From contig JAFQQJ010000019.1 in assembly GCA_017411325.1 (NCBI GenBank), positions 129,540-193,539 on the forward strand: DNA of 64,000 bases, read 5' to 3'. The notes below the pieces were generated by a model. The model was given only the letters and a program-made list of their open reading frames with translations. It had not been told where the DNA came from and made no database searches. Positions 27,164 to 38,421 of this stretch are shown piece by piece (the stretch's first letter is position 1; every line of letters starts with the position of its first letter). This DNA comes from Clostridia bacterium. Lineage in GTDB: Bacteria > Bacillota > Clostridia > CAKSNL01 > HGM11501. The position numbers were made by a program, and so were the translations under genes.

Positions 27164-30100
27164 TTATTTACCTAAGTTTAAGAGTCTCTGAAGCATTGTA
27201 ACTGCTTCTGCCTTTGTAGCATTAGACTTGGGACCGAATGTACCATCGGGATAACCGTTGATAATTCCCTTGTCAGCTGCCCAGTTAACCTGGTAGTTTG
27301 CATATGTTGCAATTTCTGCCTGGTCAGCAAAGCCTGCTTCCTTGGTAATTGTCCAATCGTGACCCATAAGAGTTGCATAACGGTAAATCATTGTAGCCAT
27401 CTGCTCACGTGTGATGTTCTCATAAGGAGCAAAGGTGGTTTCTGATGTACCCTGTGTGATTCCGCTCTTAACTGCCCAAGCTACTGCATTTGTGAACCAG
27501 TCGCCAACGTTAACGTCGGTGAAGTTGTGTGCACCGTCAGTAGTCTGACCGGACATTAAGTAGAGAATCTGACAGAATTCAGCTCTTGTAATGCTCTTGT
27601 CGGGCTCAAACTTGCCGTCTGCTGTACCGTTTACAAGGTAAGCTACATACATTTCACCGATGGTCTTTTCACCCCAGTGACCTGCGATGTCAGAAAGCTC
27701 GCTTGCGCTTCTTACTCTTCTGTAATAGGGATAAAGTGTTACGTTTTCGATTACACCGGTATTTGCATAAGGTACTGTAAATGCCTCGTCAAGATACCAG
27801 CCGATGAAGTCGTAGCCTTCCTTAGCAGCGGGATCTGCGATTATTGTGCCGGTTGCAGCCTTCTGAGTGCCGATACCAACCAATGTGATTGTGTGCTGGT
27901 TAACATTTGCACCTGTTCCAACGCCGCCACCGATAAGACCTGTGCCGGAGGAAGAAGATCCGCCGCCACCGCCAACGGAAGGTCTCTTTGTACCTTCGTC
28001 ATCGCCGCCGGATTCCTTAGCTTCCCAAACTGCTGTGAATGTTACATCCTCAGCAACCATTGTAAATCTTGCGCCTGCCTTATAGGTTTCGCCGTCGCTG
28101 GAAGCTTCCCAACCAACGAACTTGCTGCCTGTAAGCTTTAACTTGCTTTCGGGTAACTTGAAGGTTTCGCCTTCTGTGTAAAGGTCTGCTTCGGGAAGTG
28201 TTCCTGTAGCACCGTTTACATCCTCGTATGTTACGGCGAATACGTCAACGCCTGCAGCAACTGCGAGGATTTCGATGTCACCCTTTACGTTCTTAACAAC
28301 GATTTCACCTGTAGCTGAATCGTAGGTGTAGTCCTGACCTTCCTTAAGTTCAGCACCGTCCATTACAACGGTGATTTCTTCGGGAAGCTCTTCTCCCTCT
28401 TCGGGAACAAGAGTGATTTCAGCATTTTCACCGTAAGGTACCTTTGTTTCTTCGATTTCTGCTTCGAGCTTCTTAACGTCAGCTGTAATCTTTGCATAAC
28501 CTGCTTCGATTGCAGCAAATTCAACTGTTACTGTTGCATCGCCGAAGAGATCGTCGATTTCATATTCCTGAGATGCAGAACCTGTGTAGGTAATGTCACC
28601 TGTAAGGAGATTTTCTGTTACAACCTTTTCGGTGAATGTGATTTCGCCGATTGAGCAATGGCTGTTTCCTGCTGTGAAGGTTGAGTAAATTTCAAACTTG
28701 ATACCGTCGATATAGCCTACATCTGCAAGAGCTATCATATCGGTTATATCATTCTGATTTGTGTTGCCTTCTGCAAGAAGTACATCGTAGTTTTCGCCAC
28801 CGTCTGTTGTTGCCCAAACCTTATAATCCTTAACCTTCTGTCCCGGATAGTAAGCTGTACCGTCAGTATTCATTCTTCTTGTATGAGTCATTTCGGAAAT
28901 CATCATAGGCTCATCAAAGAGAGCTGTGATCCAGTAAGGACCGTCGGAAAGCAGATGAGTGGGGTTGGGAGAACCGGTTGTCTTTGTTTCGTATTCGGAA
29001 TGCCAATAGGTTTTGTCATTTCCGTCAAATGCTTTGGTTACGGGTTCCATTGCATTTGTTGCAGCAAATTCCCAATCCTTCTTGTCGGTAACGCGAACAT
29101 ACTTAACGTCATCTTCGCCCTTACCTTCAAGTGTCCAGCCAGCGGGCTCATAGCCTGCTGCGCCTTCAGCTACGAATACAAGGTTTTCGTGTCTTCCTAC
29201 CATGGAGCCTGATGCAACTTCTTCTTCAACCTCTTCGCCTGTTGCCATATCAGTGTATCTTACAACAGCCTTGAGTGTTCCGTTTTCGCCTGCAGAATAG
29301 TTTACTTCATATTCTTCAGCTTCAGCAATTGTTACGGGAACGAGTATGTCCTTACCTACGGCAAAGCCTACGGAAAGAACTATTTCGTCACCTACATTGT
29401 AACCGCCGTCGATGAAGAAGTACTTGGAAATTGTGAAGGATTCTTCGTCGCAGAAGTAGTAAGCGGAATTTACGGGTACTAAAACGTCTTCTCCGTCTTC
29501 TTCTGTTACGATAGAGATTGTGCCGAGTGTGATGGAGTCATTCCATTCAACATTGAATGTAAGGTCTTCAAGTGTTGCCAGGCTGTATGTTGCTGAGCCG
29601 GGCTTGATGTCTGCTGCTTTAAGGTCTGCATTTGCGCTGGAAGGCTCATAGAGACAGATTTCTTCAAGACCTATGGGCTGCCATGCACCGTTCTTGGTGG
29701 GATATACTCTTACATATCTTGCACTTACATTTGTGGGAACGCCGTCAACGATAAACTTCATATCGTCAAATGCGTTTCTGTTGTAGTTAAGGCTGTCAAG
29801 GTTTCCTGCACCGAAGGTCTGGATATCGGACTTAACCCAGTTAATACCGTCGTTGGAAACTGCCATATAACCTTCCTTGATGGTTGTGAAGTACTGTCTT
29901 ACACCGCCGTCAGCCCAGATTCTGTGGTAGAGTCTTACACCGGAGAACTCGTGAGGAATCTTATAGTCAACCTCGAAGTAACCGGGAGCATCGTTCCAGA
30001 TTGCACTTGTGCCGCTGGGGCTGTAAATCATAAATGTATCGTCGTGCGTTAATGCTGTATGAGCCCAGTCGCTGTTGGTAAGTGCCGATCCGTCAGACTT

Positions 30101-33100
30101 GGTTGTTACCTTTCTGTTGGTGATTGTAGCGATATTACCGCTTGCAACACCGGAAACGATTCTTGCTTCGTGATCGAAGTGGTAAGGTGTTACTTCCTGG
30201 GGGAACATCTTCTTGGAGAAGTCCATATACTTAACAGTAACGGATCCAACCTTACCTGTGGAGGTTTCGATTGCAAGAACTACATCGCCTTCAGTTGTAA
30301 TTGTATTAAGAGCAGCTGCCTTAATTACGATTGTATCTGTTTCAGCATCATACTCATACTGAGAAGCTGTAAGTGTTGTAGAACCAAGAACAACCTTGGA
30401 GATTGTTGTATCGCCGATATCCTCGATGGAAATTTCGATTTCCTCATCTGTTGCATTAATGTCCTTCTTAACAGTCGCATCGCTTAATACTGCGAGAGCG
30501 GGCTTTATGAAGTGAATTGTATCAGCAGTGGGATAGTTTGCACCGGTGATATTGATTCTGATGTAACGGAAGTTGGAATTCTGGTTAAACTTCATTACAT
30601 AAGCACCTGCAGCACCTGCAGCCTTGCCTGTGTAAAGTTCGGTCCATGTTGCATAGTCATCAGAACCGGAAATTGTTACACTGGGCCAGTCAGCAGAGTT
30701 TGCACGGGACTGATAACGGATACCGCCAACTTCTTTCACGTCTGTTCCCATATCAACATCGATATAGTGATTCTTGGTATCGGGAGTTGCACTTCCGTTT
30801 ACAGAAGTATATGCACCGTGATAGTTCTGTACGTGCTGTCTGTTATAAGCAGCCTTAACGAAGGTGTTTACGGGATGCAATCCGGGATTTGCCGCATTGT
30901 TTCTTACCTTCCATGTAGCACCTGTTACAACTTCGTCAGCAAGGAATGTTGTTGTAACATCAGAGCTTACCTGATACCACTGGGCATAAATCTTAACTGT
31001 GTATTCCTTTGTTGTGTTATCTTCAAAGGTTACTGTAACGGGCTGTTCATAACCAACAGTCTCGTCAGCACTGAGCTTTGCGAAAACATCTGCCGCGGGC
31101 TTGAAGTGGTATCTCAAAATTGTGATTTCTGTGGGATTCTGTGCGAATTCAACAGCTGTTTCACCAACAGAAACACTCTTTGCAGTCTTGCCTGTTGCAT
31201 TTGTGAGGGTAAGTGTTCCGGAACCGTTGTAGTCAGTTCCGCTTGTCAGCCAGTATTCTGCAACGGAAAGGTCTTTTACGATTAACTTAACCTTTGCAGT
31301 TTCGCCGGATTCGAAGGAGATTTCAGCTTCGTATTCGCCGACTTCAAGGCTTTCAAGGTAAGATGCCTTGAAGGTGATGCCCTTAGTTCCGTCAAGAACA
31401 TAGTCTGTATCAGCAGTGATTGTATCAGAGCCAACCTTTACGCCTGTTACGGCATAGGTGTTGTCAGAGTTGAATGTTCTTGTTGCATCTTCGATATCTT
31501 CGGAAAGGTCAACATTGATGTCGCCGCCGACTACTCTTGTGGAAGCAGCGATGAATACGATTTCATGAGTGAACATAAAGCCGTGTGAATTCATCTGCTG
31601 ATAACTATCAACGTCAACTCTTGCATAACGGTAGTTTGCATTGTCCTGAAGGTTAACCTGTGCTGTCTTTGAGTTGTTGCCGGAAATGCTTCCGAGCTTA
31701 GTCCATGTAACAAGGTCATTTGAACCGTAGAGGCTTACATCTACCATATTGTAGGACTTATCTGTGATGCGTACGCCGGCAAACTTTGTTGCATTGCCAA
31801 AGTCAACCCATGTGGAGTAGGGACCTACTGCACGGGCAAAGTGCTGTTCGCCCTTTTCTGCACCTGTTTCATCATAATATGTTGATGTCCAGGAGTTGGA
31901 GTTTGTAGCATCGCCGTAGTTACCGTTGAACCAGTTTGCAGCTGCGTGTGCAAGGGATGCACCGCCGTTTACTGTTACCTGCCAGCCTGTGGGTGTGATT
32001 CCGTCAGCATCTGCTGCTGCAAGAGCACCGTTTACTGCTCTCCAGGTATAGTTTGCATTAAGAACGATTTCCTTGGTTGTGCCGTCGGAAAGAGATACTT
32101 CAACAACGTGCTTTCCGGGGCCGTTATTTGTGATTTCACGAACGAAGAAGCCGTTGAAGGTGTTTTCTGTTACTTCGTCACCTACTGCGATGCCGAGAGT
32201 AGCATTTGCTCTTCTGAACTTCATATAGTTGCCGCCGTTATTGTGGCTTGTGATACTGTTCTGAGTGGATGAGTAGAGCCACATTCTGTATTCTTCGCTC
32301 TTATAGTAGTTACCGCCGAGGGTAAGTGTGATTGTGCCGTCACCGTTTGTTACAGCCTTCCACTCGTCAGCAGCGTTTGTAACTTCTTCACCGTTATACT
32401 TAACGCCTGTAACTGTTACATCGTTAGCAGCTGTGTAAAGCTTGTATTCAAGTGTTGCATAACCAAGCTTACCGCTTGCAGAATCGGTAGGATCAATGCT
32501 TCTTACAAGACCTGCTAAAGCTGCTTCTGCCTTTTTAAGGTCTGCAATATTGATTGTTGCCTTATCTGTATCAGAAAGAGATTCGTAAATTTCACGAAGC
32601 TCTGCTACTGCTTCAGCATCGTCAGTTGTTACTTCGGAAGCGGGAAGCTCCGCAATCATGTTGTTGAGCTCGGTTCCTGCAAGTGCAAGCCAAGCAGCTT
32701 CTGCAGATGTAAGCACATCATAGTTTTCTACTGCTGCCTGAACAGCGGGAGCTAATGCATCGTATGCCTTACGAGCAGCATCGATTGCAGTTTTGCTTTC
32801 CATTGTTACGGGTGTGCCGATTGCATTAATTAAGGTTTCAACAGCTTCAGCCTGAGCTGCGAGTGCTGCTGTGATTTCTGTAGGAGTCTTTGTTTCAACG
32901 CCTGCTACGGGATTAAGAAGTCTTACTTCTTCAAGTCCCCAGTGACCGGAATTTGTTGCAGTACACTCAATTCTTACATAACGTGCTTTTACGTTGTATG
33001 CTGTGCCGCCAAACTTAACGGGAAGTGTTGTACTTCTTGCAGAATCAACTGAGAATGTGTCTGCCTGAACCCAGTTGATTCCGTCTTCGGAAACATATAC

Positions 33101-36100
33101 ATTACCCTTTGTGAAGTATGCGGCGGAGTTCTGTCTTCCGTAAACGCGTACGCCGGAGAAATCAGCAACATAGCCAAGGTCATAATCGATGTAGGTCTTC
33201 TTGTAGTTGTAGCCAGCTTCCATTCCGCCCTTATAGCCACCTATGCACCAGTCAAAGCATACCTGGAATGCACGTCCTGCACCATCGGTTCCGCCGATTT
33301 CCTGGTAATAAGCAGCATCAAGAATGACGCCGTCTATCAAAGTACCTTTGCCAAGGTTTGAGTAGGTAGAAGTAAGGTCGGTAACTGTATTATCAGCTTT
33401 TACGCCATATGCCTTGGTTGTACCGATGGGATATTCCATATTAACTTCATCTGTACCGAGTGCTACCTTGAGAGCAACGGGCTTTAATACCTGAAGCTCT
33501 GTAATGTTTGTATAGGATGTATTTCCGTCAATGCCGGAAACAACGATAAACTTAATACCCTTGAACTTGTTGTTTCTTCCCTGTGCGAGATAAGCTTCCT
33601 TATATTCTTCCTTGGTTCCGGAAGTGAAGCCAAGCTTTGTTTCGCCAAGAATGTCAACCCATGTTGTTCCGTCGTAAGTTCCCTGCATCTTTATCACATT
33701 GGGAGATGCACCGCCGCCACCTTCAGTTCTGGGGAATACTCTTACGCCGCCAACCTCTGTAAGCTTATCAAATATAATAGTTACGGTTGTGTCTTCATCT
33801 GTATAGATATGATCTGCCACATTTGCAATTGAGTGCCAGCAGTTACCCATATTTCCGTAAACAGTACCGTCGTAAAGCTTATCTACTCCGTAAGAACCGG
33901 AGGAACCATATTCACTTCCTACTGTCCATGTCCAGTCTGTGGGATTTTTGTAGTAGTCATCAAGTGCATCCAAAGCGCTCTTTGTCGCTTCCTCAAATTC
34001 AGCAACGGTAAGAGCCTCCTTGCCCTCAACGGGATCGATAAGTCTTAATTCGGATACGGACCAGTGCTCATTTGTATCTGCTCCGCCTGTCTGAACTGCT
34101 TCAAGCTTGATATAACGTGCTTTGATGTTTTCATTTACACCCTGTGCAAGAGCCTTTGCATCGAAGAATAAATCGGTGCCGGCACCTTCTGAAAGCTCAG
34201 CCTGTACCCAATCAGTTCCGTTGTCGGATACATAGAGATAACCCTTTGTAACGGACTGCGTGTTCCATACATTACCTTCAGCATTCTTTCTTGCGTATGC
34301 TCTGATACCGGAGAAGGTCTGCTCTGCACCAAGGTCAACTATAAGCCATGCAGTCTTTGAATCTGCAGGATAAATTGCATAGTTTATTTCAGCATGGTTG
34401 TTTGCTTCGGGAAGGATATTGTCCGTAAGTTTACCAAGGTTTGCCATGGTCTTTCCTGCTGTGGAGCCACTCTCAATCTTCCATAAGGGATAGGTTGTAA
34501 AGTCATCATCCTGGAAGGGTGATGTGTACTCTACGGGCTTTAATATCTGAAGCTCAACAATGTTGGTGTGAGCGGTTGTGCTTCCGCTTAAGTTCTTTTC
34601 AACGATGTAGCGGATACCCATAAACTTATTGTTAAGATCGCCGCTTAAGAGGTTTGTGCCCTGCCATACACCGTCGTCTGTTGTAGCGTCATCATCTGTG
34701 CCGCCCTTAAGGCCTGTGCTTAAATCGTCAGCAGCAACGAACCAGTTTTCACCGTCATAGGTTGCTTCAATTCTTACAACGCCGGGGTTACCGCCATACT
34801 GACGGTTATTGTTTGTGGAGTCGTGACGACCGTAAACTCTGAAACCGCCAACATCAATTGCGGTTTTGAACATTACCGTAATTGTTCTCTGCGCTTCTGT
34901 AACGGGGCTTGTTGCAGAAGAATGCCAGTAGCTGCCGTTATCGTCCGCACCAATTGTTCCGTCAGCCTTAACGTTGTCTGTAACACCGTCAAATGCATCT
35001 GTAACGGGAGAACCTGCGTTCCATTCGGAGCCTGCTTCCATAGAATCGAAGTACTTGGAAGGATCGTAATAATCAAGAGAATCTTCGGGAATTACAACTG
35101 AAGCTTCTGTCTTTTCCTTGAAGCCTGTAACTGTCACTGTATCAAGAGAGTCATTTTCCTTTACAAGTAAAAGCTCCTGAACAGACCAGTGTGCGCCGTT
35201 TGTCTGGCTTGTTTCTACCTTTATATAACGTGCAGTTACGTTATAAGCTGTTCCCTTTGCCTTTAAGGGTGCTTCCATATATACATCATCTGTGGATGCA
35301 TACTTTGACATATTGGAGCCGTTTCCGGGCACGCCGAGGGCTTCATCAAACGCCTTACCAACCTGTGTCCATGTATCGGTGTACTCTTCTGCCGCTACCC
35401 AGGTGCTTCCGTCGTCGGAAACATAGATTGTGGCATTCTTCATGGACTGGTTGGGCTGTCCCCAACGACCGAAGAGACGTACAGCGGAGAAGGTGTATGC
35501 CTTACCAAGGTCAATTTCCATCCACGCCTTGTCGCCCTCAGCCTTGAAGATATTGTTCATCTCCATATGAGGATCGCCGCTTGCAGCACCTGTGTAGGGA
35601 TTATAATAACCTTCAGCTTCGTTTACGAACTGATAGATAGTCTTATCAAAGAGACCGCCGAGAGGTCCGCCTGTTACGCCCTGAGTGGAGTTTCTTGCAA
35701 CAACTGCGGGAGTTGTATCAAACCAGATAACATCTTCCTCATAAGCATAACCCTTCTTGGGCTTTAATACCTGAAGCTCACAGAAGCAGGTGTGTTTGTC
35801 TGTTGCATTGGATATATTTTTATCAACCTGGAACTTAACAGCCTTGTATGCAACGCCTGTCTGAACTAAAAGTTCAACACTCTGTTCTGTAGTGCTGTAT
35901 GTGATTTCAGTGCTGGGAAGAATTTCTTTAAATGTCGTTCCGTCAGTAGATGCAAGAACAGTTACCATTTTTGGATTTCCGCCCTTGTTATCAAAACGGG
36001 GGAATATTCTGAAGCCGCCGATTTTCTGTGCTTCAGTAAATGTAACTGTAACAGTTCTGTTTTCTGCTGTTGCACCCGCTGTGGGACTTGTATGCCAGTA

Positions 36101-37606
36101 TGCACCGTCATCTGTTGTAGCGGTTGTTGCCTGCCATATGCCGTCGAAAAGGTTACCAACGGGTTTCCAGTCGCCGCCATAGCCGGAGGGGCTTGTTGCT
36201 GTAAACCAAGCACTCTGGAGGTAATAATCTCTCTTGGCTTCTGCAAGAGCGGGATCATATTCTTCTGCAGTAATCGTATCAAGTTCTTCATCAGCATCAA
36301 GCATAATGATTTCTTCAATATCAAACTGACCGTGAGCATTTACACCCGTTACACGGAACTTGATATAACGTGCTTCAACGTTTACAGCTGCGCCGTCAAA
36401 TTTAAATCCGAAATCACCGTACTGAGGTGTAACTTCTGTTGTACGGGTGGTGGTTGCAGATGCAAGTGTGCCCCAGGTTTCTCCGTCTTCAGAAACCTGA
36501 ATTTCAAGGGCTGTTGCCTTTCTTGCCTTCATACCTCTTGCCTTATGGTCGTCCATAAGTCTGATACCGGAGAAGGTTTTAACATCACCCAGGTCAATCT
36601 GAAGAACAGTTGCATTTGAAGTATCGCCTGTATACCAGCCCATTGCACCTTCGGTAGCACCGCTGATTGTGGGGAATACGTCAAAATCAGCAGTTGTGGA
36701 TGCACCGGTCTTTAAGCCTTCGGTATAAAGTCCGTTATAGGTGGACGCAAGGTTACCCTGAAGGCTACCGGATACCTTTGTAACAACAGCACCGGTAAGT
36801 TCGGTAAGATATGTAACACCGTCGCCTTCAGCGGGAACAAGAGCCTTTGCTGTTACGCCTTCAACATTTGTTACAGAAAAGTCCTCGGATGTGAGGGTGT
36901 CGTTTGCATCGTTTTCGTCAAGAAGAACGATTTCTTCAATTTCCCATTCGCCCCAGTTGTTAACTGCGGTTACGTTAAACTTAAAGTAACGTGCTTCTAC
37001 GTTTACAGCTGCAGAGCTTTTCTTGAATGCAAAGTCTCTGTATTTAGTTGCAAAGTCTTCATTTGTTGCATTGTCAAGGGCATACCAAAGCACACCGTCA
37101 GCGGATACTGACAGCGAAACGGTCTTTGCCTTTCTTGCGCTGTAATGTCTTGCTCTTGAAGAGTCATAAAGACGGATACCGGAGATAGTCTTCGCTGCGC
37201 CCATATCAACGGTAACAGTTGTCTTACCCGGCTGACCCATAAAGCCTGTGGGTGTTCCGTTGGGCTCATAAAGTCCCTGGTCAGCATTACTTACTGTATA
37301 CTTACCGTCGATAGTCTTTGTGATGTTACCTTCAGCAGATCCTGTGCTTACCTGGCTTACGCTTGCGCCGGTAAACTCGGTGAAGTATGTAACACCGTCA
37401 CCTTCAGCAGCTTCAAATGAAGCCACGTCGGAGTTAGCCAAAAGCTCAACTTCCTCCTCCCCGTAAATTTCAACTAATTCGTCCTCGGAAACTTCCTCAA
37501 TTGCAGGAATTTCCAGTACCTCTTCTGCGAAAGAGGTGATTGCTGCCGCAGGTGCCAATGTCATAATCATGCACAATGCGAGCAGTACAGATAAGATTTT
37601 TCTCAT
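27164..37606 (-). CDS. Giant (3480 aa) SLH-anchored surface protein with about 12 discoidin/CBM32-like domains, X2/Ig-like spacers, helical repeats and InlB B-repeat-like domains
   Basis: Signal peptide. Repeated discoidin motifs (FDG, YWH, FSG.R, VS.DG..W, ARY.K, E..L). AIDAARKAYDAL helical repeat. F.GWY.D repeat. Gly/Ser linker. Three SLH motifs (F.P...ITRAEF, ITREQMA, ATKAEA). Confidence 0.88.
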   Translation of the reverse strand: MRKILSVLLALCMIMTLAPAAAITSFAEEVLEIPAIEEVSEDELVEIYGEEEVELLANSDVASFEAAEGDGVTYFTEFTGASVSQVSTGSAEGNITKTIDGKYTVSNADQGLYEPNGTPTGFMGQPGKTTVTVDMGAAKTISGIRLYDSSRARHYSARKAKTVSLSVSADGVLWYALDNATNEDFATKYRDFAFKKSSAAVNVEARYFKFNVTAVNNWGEWEIEEIVLLDENDANDTLTSEDFSVTNVEGVTAKALVPAEGDGVTYLTELTGAVVTKVSGSLQGNLASTYNGLYTEGLKTGASTTADFDVFPTISGATEGAMGWYTGDTSNATVLQIDLGDVKTFSGIRLMDDHKARGMKARKATALEIQVSEDGETWGTLASATTTRTTEVTPQYGDFGFKFDGAAVNVEARYIKFRVTGVNAHGQFDIEEIIMLDADEELDTITAEEYDPALAEAKRDYYLQSAWFTATSPSGYGGDWKPVGNLFDGIWQATTATTDDGAYWHTSPTAGATAENRTVTVTFTEAQKIGGFRIFPRFDNKGGNPKMVTVLASTDGTTFKEILPSTEITYSTTEQSVELLVQTGVAYKAVKFQVDKNISNATDKHTCFCELQVLKPKKGYAYEEDVIWFDTTPAVVARNSTQGVTGGPLGGLFDKTIYQFVNEAEGYYNPYTGAASGDPHMEMNNIFKAEGDKAWMEIDLGKAYTFSAVRLFGRWGQPNQSMKNATIYVSDDGSTWVAAEEYTDTWTQVGKAFDEALGVPGNGSNMSKYASTDDVYMEAPLKAKGTAYNVTARYIKVETSQTNGAHWSVQELLLVKENDSLDTVTVTGFKEKTEASVVIPEDSLDYYDPSKYFDSMEAGSEWNAGSPVTDAFDGVTDNVKADGTIGADDNGSYWHSSATSPVTEAQRTITVMFKTAIDVGGFRVYGRHDSTNNNRQYGGNPGVVRIEATYDGENWFVAADDLSTGLKGGTDDDATTDDGVWQGTNLLSGDLNNKFMGIRYIVEKNLSGSTTAHTNIVELQILKPVEYTSPFQDDDFTTYPLWKIESGSTAGKTMANLGKLTDNILPEANNHAEINYAIYPADSKTAWLIVDLGAEQTFSGIRAYARKNAEGNVWNTQSVTKGYLYVSDNGTDWVQAELSEGAGTDLFFDAKALAQGVNENIKARYIKLEAVQTGGADTNEHWSVSELRLIDPVEGKEALTVAEFEEATKSALDALDDYYKNPTDWTWTVGSEYGSSGSYGVDKLYDGTVYGNMGNCWHSIANVADHIYTDEDTTVTIIFDKLTEVGGVRVFPRTEGGGGASPNVIKMQGTYDGTTWVDILGETKLGFTSGTKEEYKEAYLAQGRNNKFKGIKFIVVSGIDGNTSYTNITELQVLKPVALKVALGTDEVNMEYPIGTTKAYGVKADNTVTDLTSTYSNLGKGTLIDGVILDAAYYQEIGGTDGAGRAFQVCFDWCIGGYKGGMEAGYNYKKTYIDYDLGYVADFSGVRVYGRQNSAAYFTKGNVYVSEDGINWVQADTFSVDSARSTTLPVKFGGTAYNVKARYVRIECTATNSGHWGLEEVRLLNPVAGVETKTPTEITAALAAQAEAVETLINAIGTPVTMESKTAIDAARKAYDALAPAVQAAVENYDVLTSAEAAWLALAGTELNNMIAELPASEVTTDDAEAVAELREIYESLSDTDKATINIADLKKAEAALAGLVRSIDPTDSASGKLGYATLEYKLYTAANDVTVTGVKYNGEEVTNAADEWKAVTNGDGTITLTLGGNYYKSEEYRMWLYSSTQNSITSHNNGGNYMKFRRANATLGIAVGDEVTENTFNGFFVREITNNGPGKHVVEVSLSDGTTKEIVLNANYTWRAVNGALAAADADGITPTGWQVTVNGGASLAHAAANWFNGNYGDATNSNSWTSTYYDETGAEKGEQHFARAVGPYSTWVDFGNATKFAGVRITDKSYNMVDVSLYGSNDLVTWTKLGSISGNNSKTAQVNLQDNANYRYARVDVDSYQQMNSHGFMFTHEIVFIAASTRVVGGDINVDLSEDIEDATRTFNSDNTYAVTGVKVGSDTITADTDYVLDGTKGITFKASYLESLEVGEYEAEISFESGETAKVKLIVKDLSVAEYWLTSGTDYNGSGTLTLTNATGKTAKSVSVGETAVEFAQNPTEITILRYHFKPAADVFAKLSADETVGYEQPVTVTFEDNTTKEYTVKIYAQWYQVSSDVTTTFLADEVVTGATWKVRNNAANPGLHPVNTFVKAAYNRQHVQNYHGAYTSVNGSATPDTKNHYIDVDMGTDVKEVGGIRYQSRANSADWPSVTISGSDDYATWTELYTGKAAGAAGAYVMKFNQNSNFRYIRINITGANYPTADTIHFIKPALAVLSDATVKKDINATDEEIEISIEDIGDTTISKVVLGSTTLTASQYEYDAETDTIVIKAAALNTITTEGDVVLAIETSTGKVGSVTVKYMDFSKKMFPQEVTPYHFDHEARIVSGVASGNIATITNRKVTTKSDGSALTNSDWAHTALTHDDTFMIYSPSGTSAIWNDAPGYFEVDYKIPHEFSGVRLYHRIWADGGVRQYFTTIKEGYMAVSNDGINWVKSDIQTFGAGNLDSLNYNRNAFDDMKFIVDGVPTNVSARYVRVYPTKNGAWQPIGLEEICLYEPSSANADLKAADIKPGSATYSLATLEDLTFNVEWNDSITLGTISIVTEEDGEDVLVPVNSAYYFCDEESFTISKYFFIDGGYNVGDEIVLSVGFAVGKDILVPVTIAEAEEYEVNYSAGENGTLKAVVRYTDMATGEEVEEEVASGSMVGRHENLVFVAEGAAGYEPAGWTLEGKGEDDVKYVRVTDKKDWEFAATNAMEPVTKAFDGNDKTYWHSEYETKTTGSPNPTHLLSDGPYWITALFDEPMMISEMTHTRRMNTDGTAYYPGQKVKDYKVWATTDGGENYDVLLAEGNTNQNDITDMIALADVGYIDGIKFEIYSTFTAGNSHCSIGEITFTEKVVTENLLTGDITYTGSASQEYEIDDLFGDATVTVEFAAIEAGYAKITADVKKLEAEIEETKVPYGENAEITLVPEEGEELPEEITVVMDGAELKEGQDYTYDSATGEIVVKNVKGDIEILAVAAGVDVFAVTYEDVNGATGTLPEADLYTEGETFKLPESKLKLTGSKFVGWEASSDGETYKAGARFTMVAEDVTFTAVWEAKESGGDDEGTKRPSVGGGGGSSSSGTGLIGGGVGTGANVNQHTITLVGIGTQKAATGTIIADPAAKEGYDFIGWYLDEAFTVPYANTGVIENVTLYPYYRRVRSASELSDIAGHWGEKTIGEMYVAYLVNGTADGKFEPDKSITRAEFCQILYLMSGQTTDGAHNFTDVNVGDWFTNAVAWAVKSGITQGTSETTFAPYENITREQMATMIYRYATLMGHDWTITKEAGFADQAEIATYANYQVNWAADKGIINGYPDGTFGPKSNATKAEAVTMLQRLLNLGK

Positions 37607-37872
37607 GATGTTTCCTCCCTTTGCTTCTTATCATATTGATAGTATTTTTTTGCACGATTTCAAGATGCGGAGATTCGTCAGCCGACAATCCACGCATTAT
37701 GATATCATACTGTATCATATATAATACATCAAAATGCCCCCCTATGTCAACAAAAAAAAACTTTTTCGAAACATTTTTTTTACCTTTCTGTAAAGAAACG
37801 TCTTTCTTTTGGCGAAGTGCACAAAGTTTTTGTTTTTTTATGTGCATTTCGACGGATGGGAGGGGAAAAAGA

Positions 37873-38064
37873 GAGATTCTTCGTCCTGCGGACTCAGAAT
37901 GACATAGGGGGGGTGCTGTCATTCTGAGCGGAGCGTAAGCGCAGCGAAGAATCTCACGCTTCACTGTCATTCTGACGACGGCGTTTTGCAAAAAAACGCC
38001 TACGGAAGAATCTCACTCCAGGCACCGTGCGGGAGATCCTTCGGGCAGTGCCCTCAGGATGACA
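37873..38064. repeat. Left array of TGTC-tagged palindromic repeats (4 units)
   Basis: Reverse unit 37873-37904, forward units 37917-37955 and 37965-38014, reverse unit 38033-38064. Consensus TGTCATYCTGA...GAAGRATCTC. Confidence 0.92.
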
Positions 38065-38116
38065 CGGGGGGTGAACGACAGCGGGACAGTTTTATAATAA
38101 AAGAGCGGCACGAACT

Positions 38117-38401
38117 TTACTCGTACCACCCTTTACTTAAATCATCCCATTCGGGATTTATTTCATTTATCAGCGCATCCTTCTTTGCCCTTAGCCACCC
38201 TTTTATCTTTTTTTCAAAAGCAATAGCCTCTTTTATATCAGAAGTTTCATTATAATATACAAGCTTAGTCAGGTTATACTTGCTCGAAAACCCTTCTACA
38301 AGTCTATTCTTATGCTCATAAATACGCCTTTTTAAGTCATTGGTCACCCCAGTATAGAGCACCTTATTATTTTTATTGGTTATCATATAGACGTAATACA
38401 T
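38117..38401 (-). CDS. Small standalone GIY-YIG nuclease (94 aa, UPF0213-like)
   Basis: YYVYM...LYTGVT..L.RR..EHK...F..KY....LVY....AIAFEKKIKGW.R.KK..LI...NP.W.DL. RBS AAGGAG. Confidence 0.92.
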   Translation of the reverse strand: MYYVYMITNKNNKVLYTGVTNDLKRRIYEHKNRLVEGFSSKYNLTKLVYYNETSDIKEAIAFEKKIKGWLRAKKDALINEINPEWDDLSKGWYE

Positions 38402-38421
38402 AAGTTCATCTCCTTTTTCTT

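Noticed and set aside
27677-36619. Long plus-strand ORFs such as 30512..31285
   Set aside because: They are antisense shadows of the strongly codon-biased giant gene and have no motifs.
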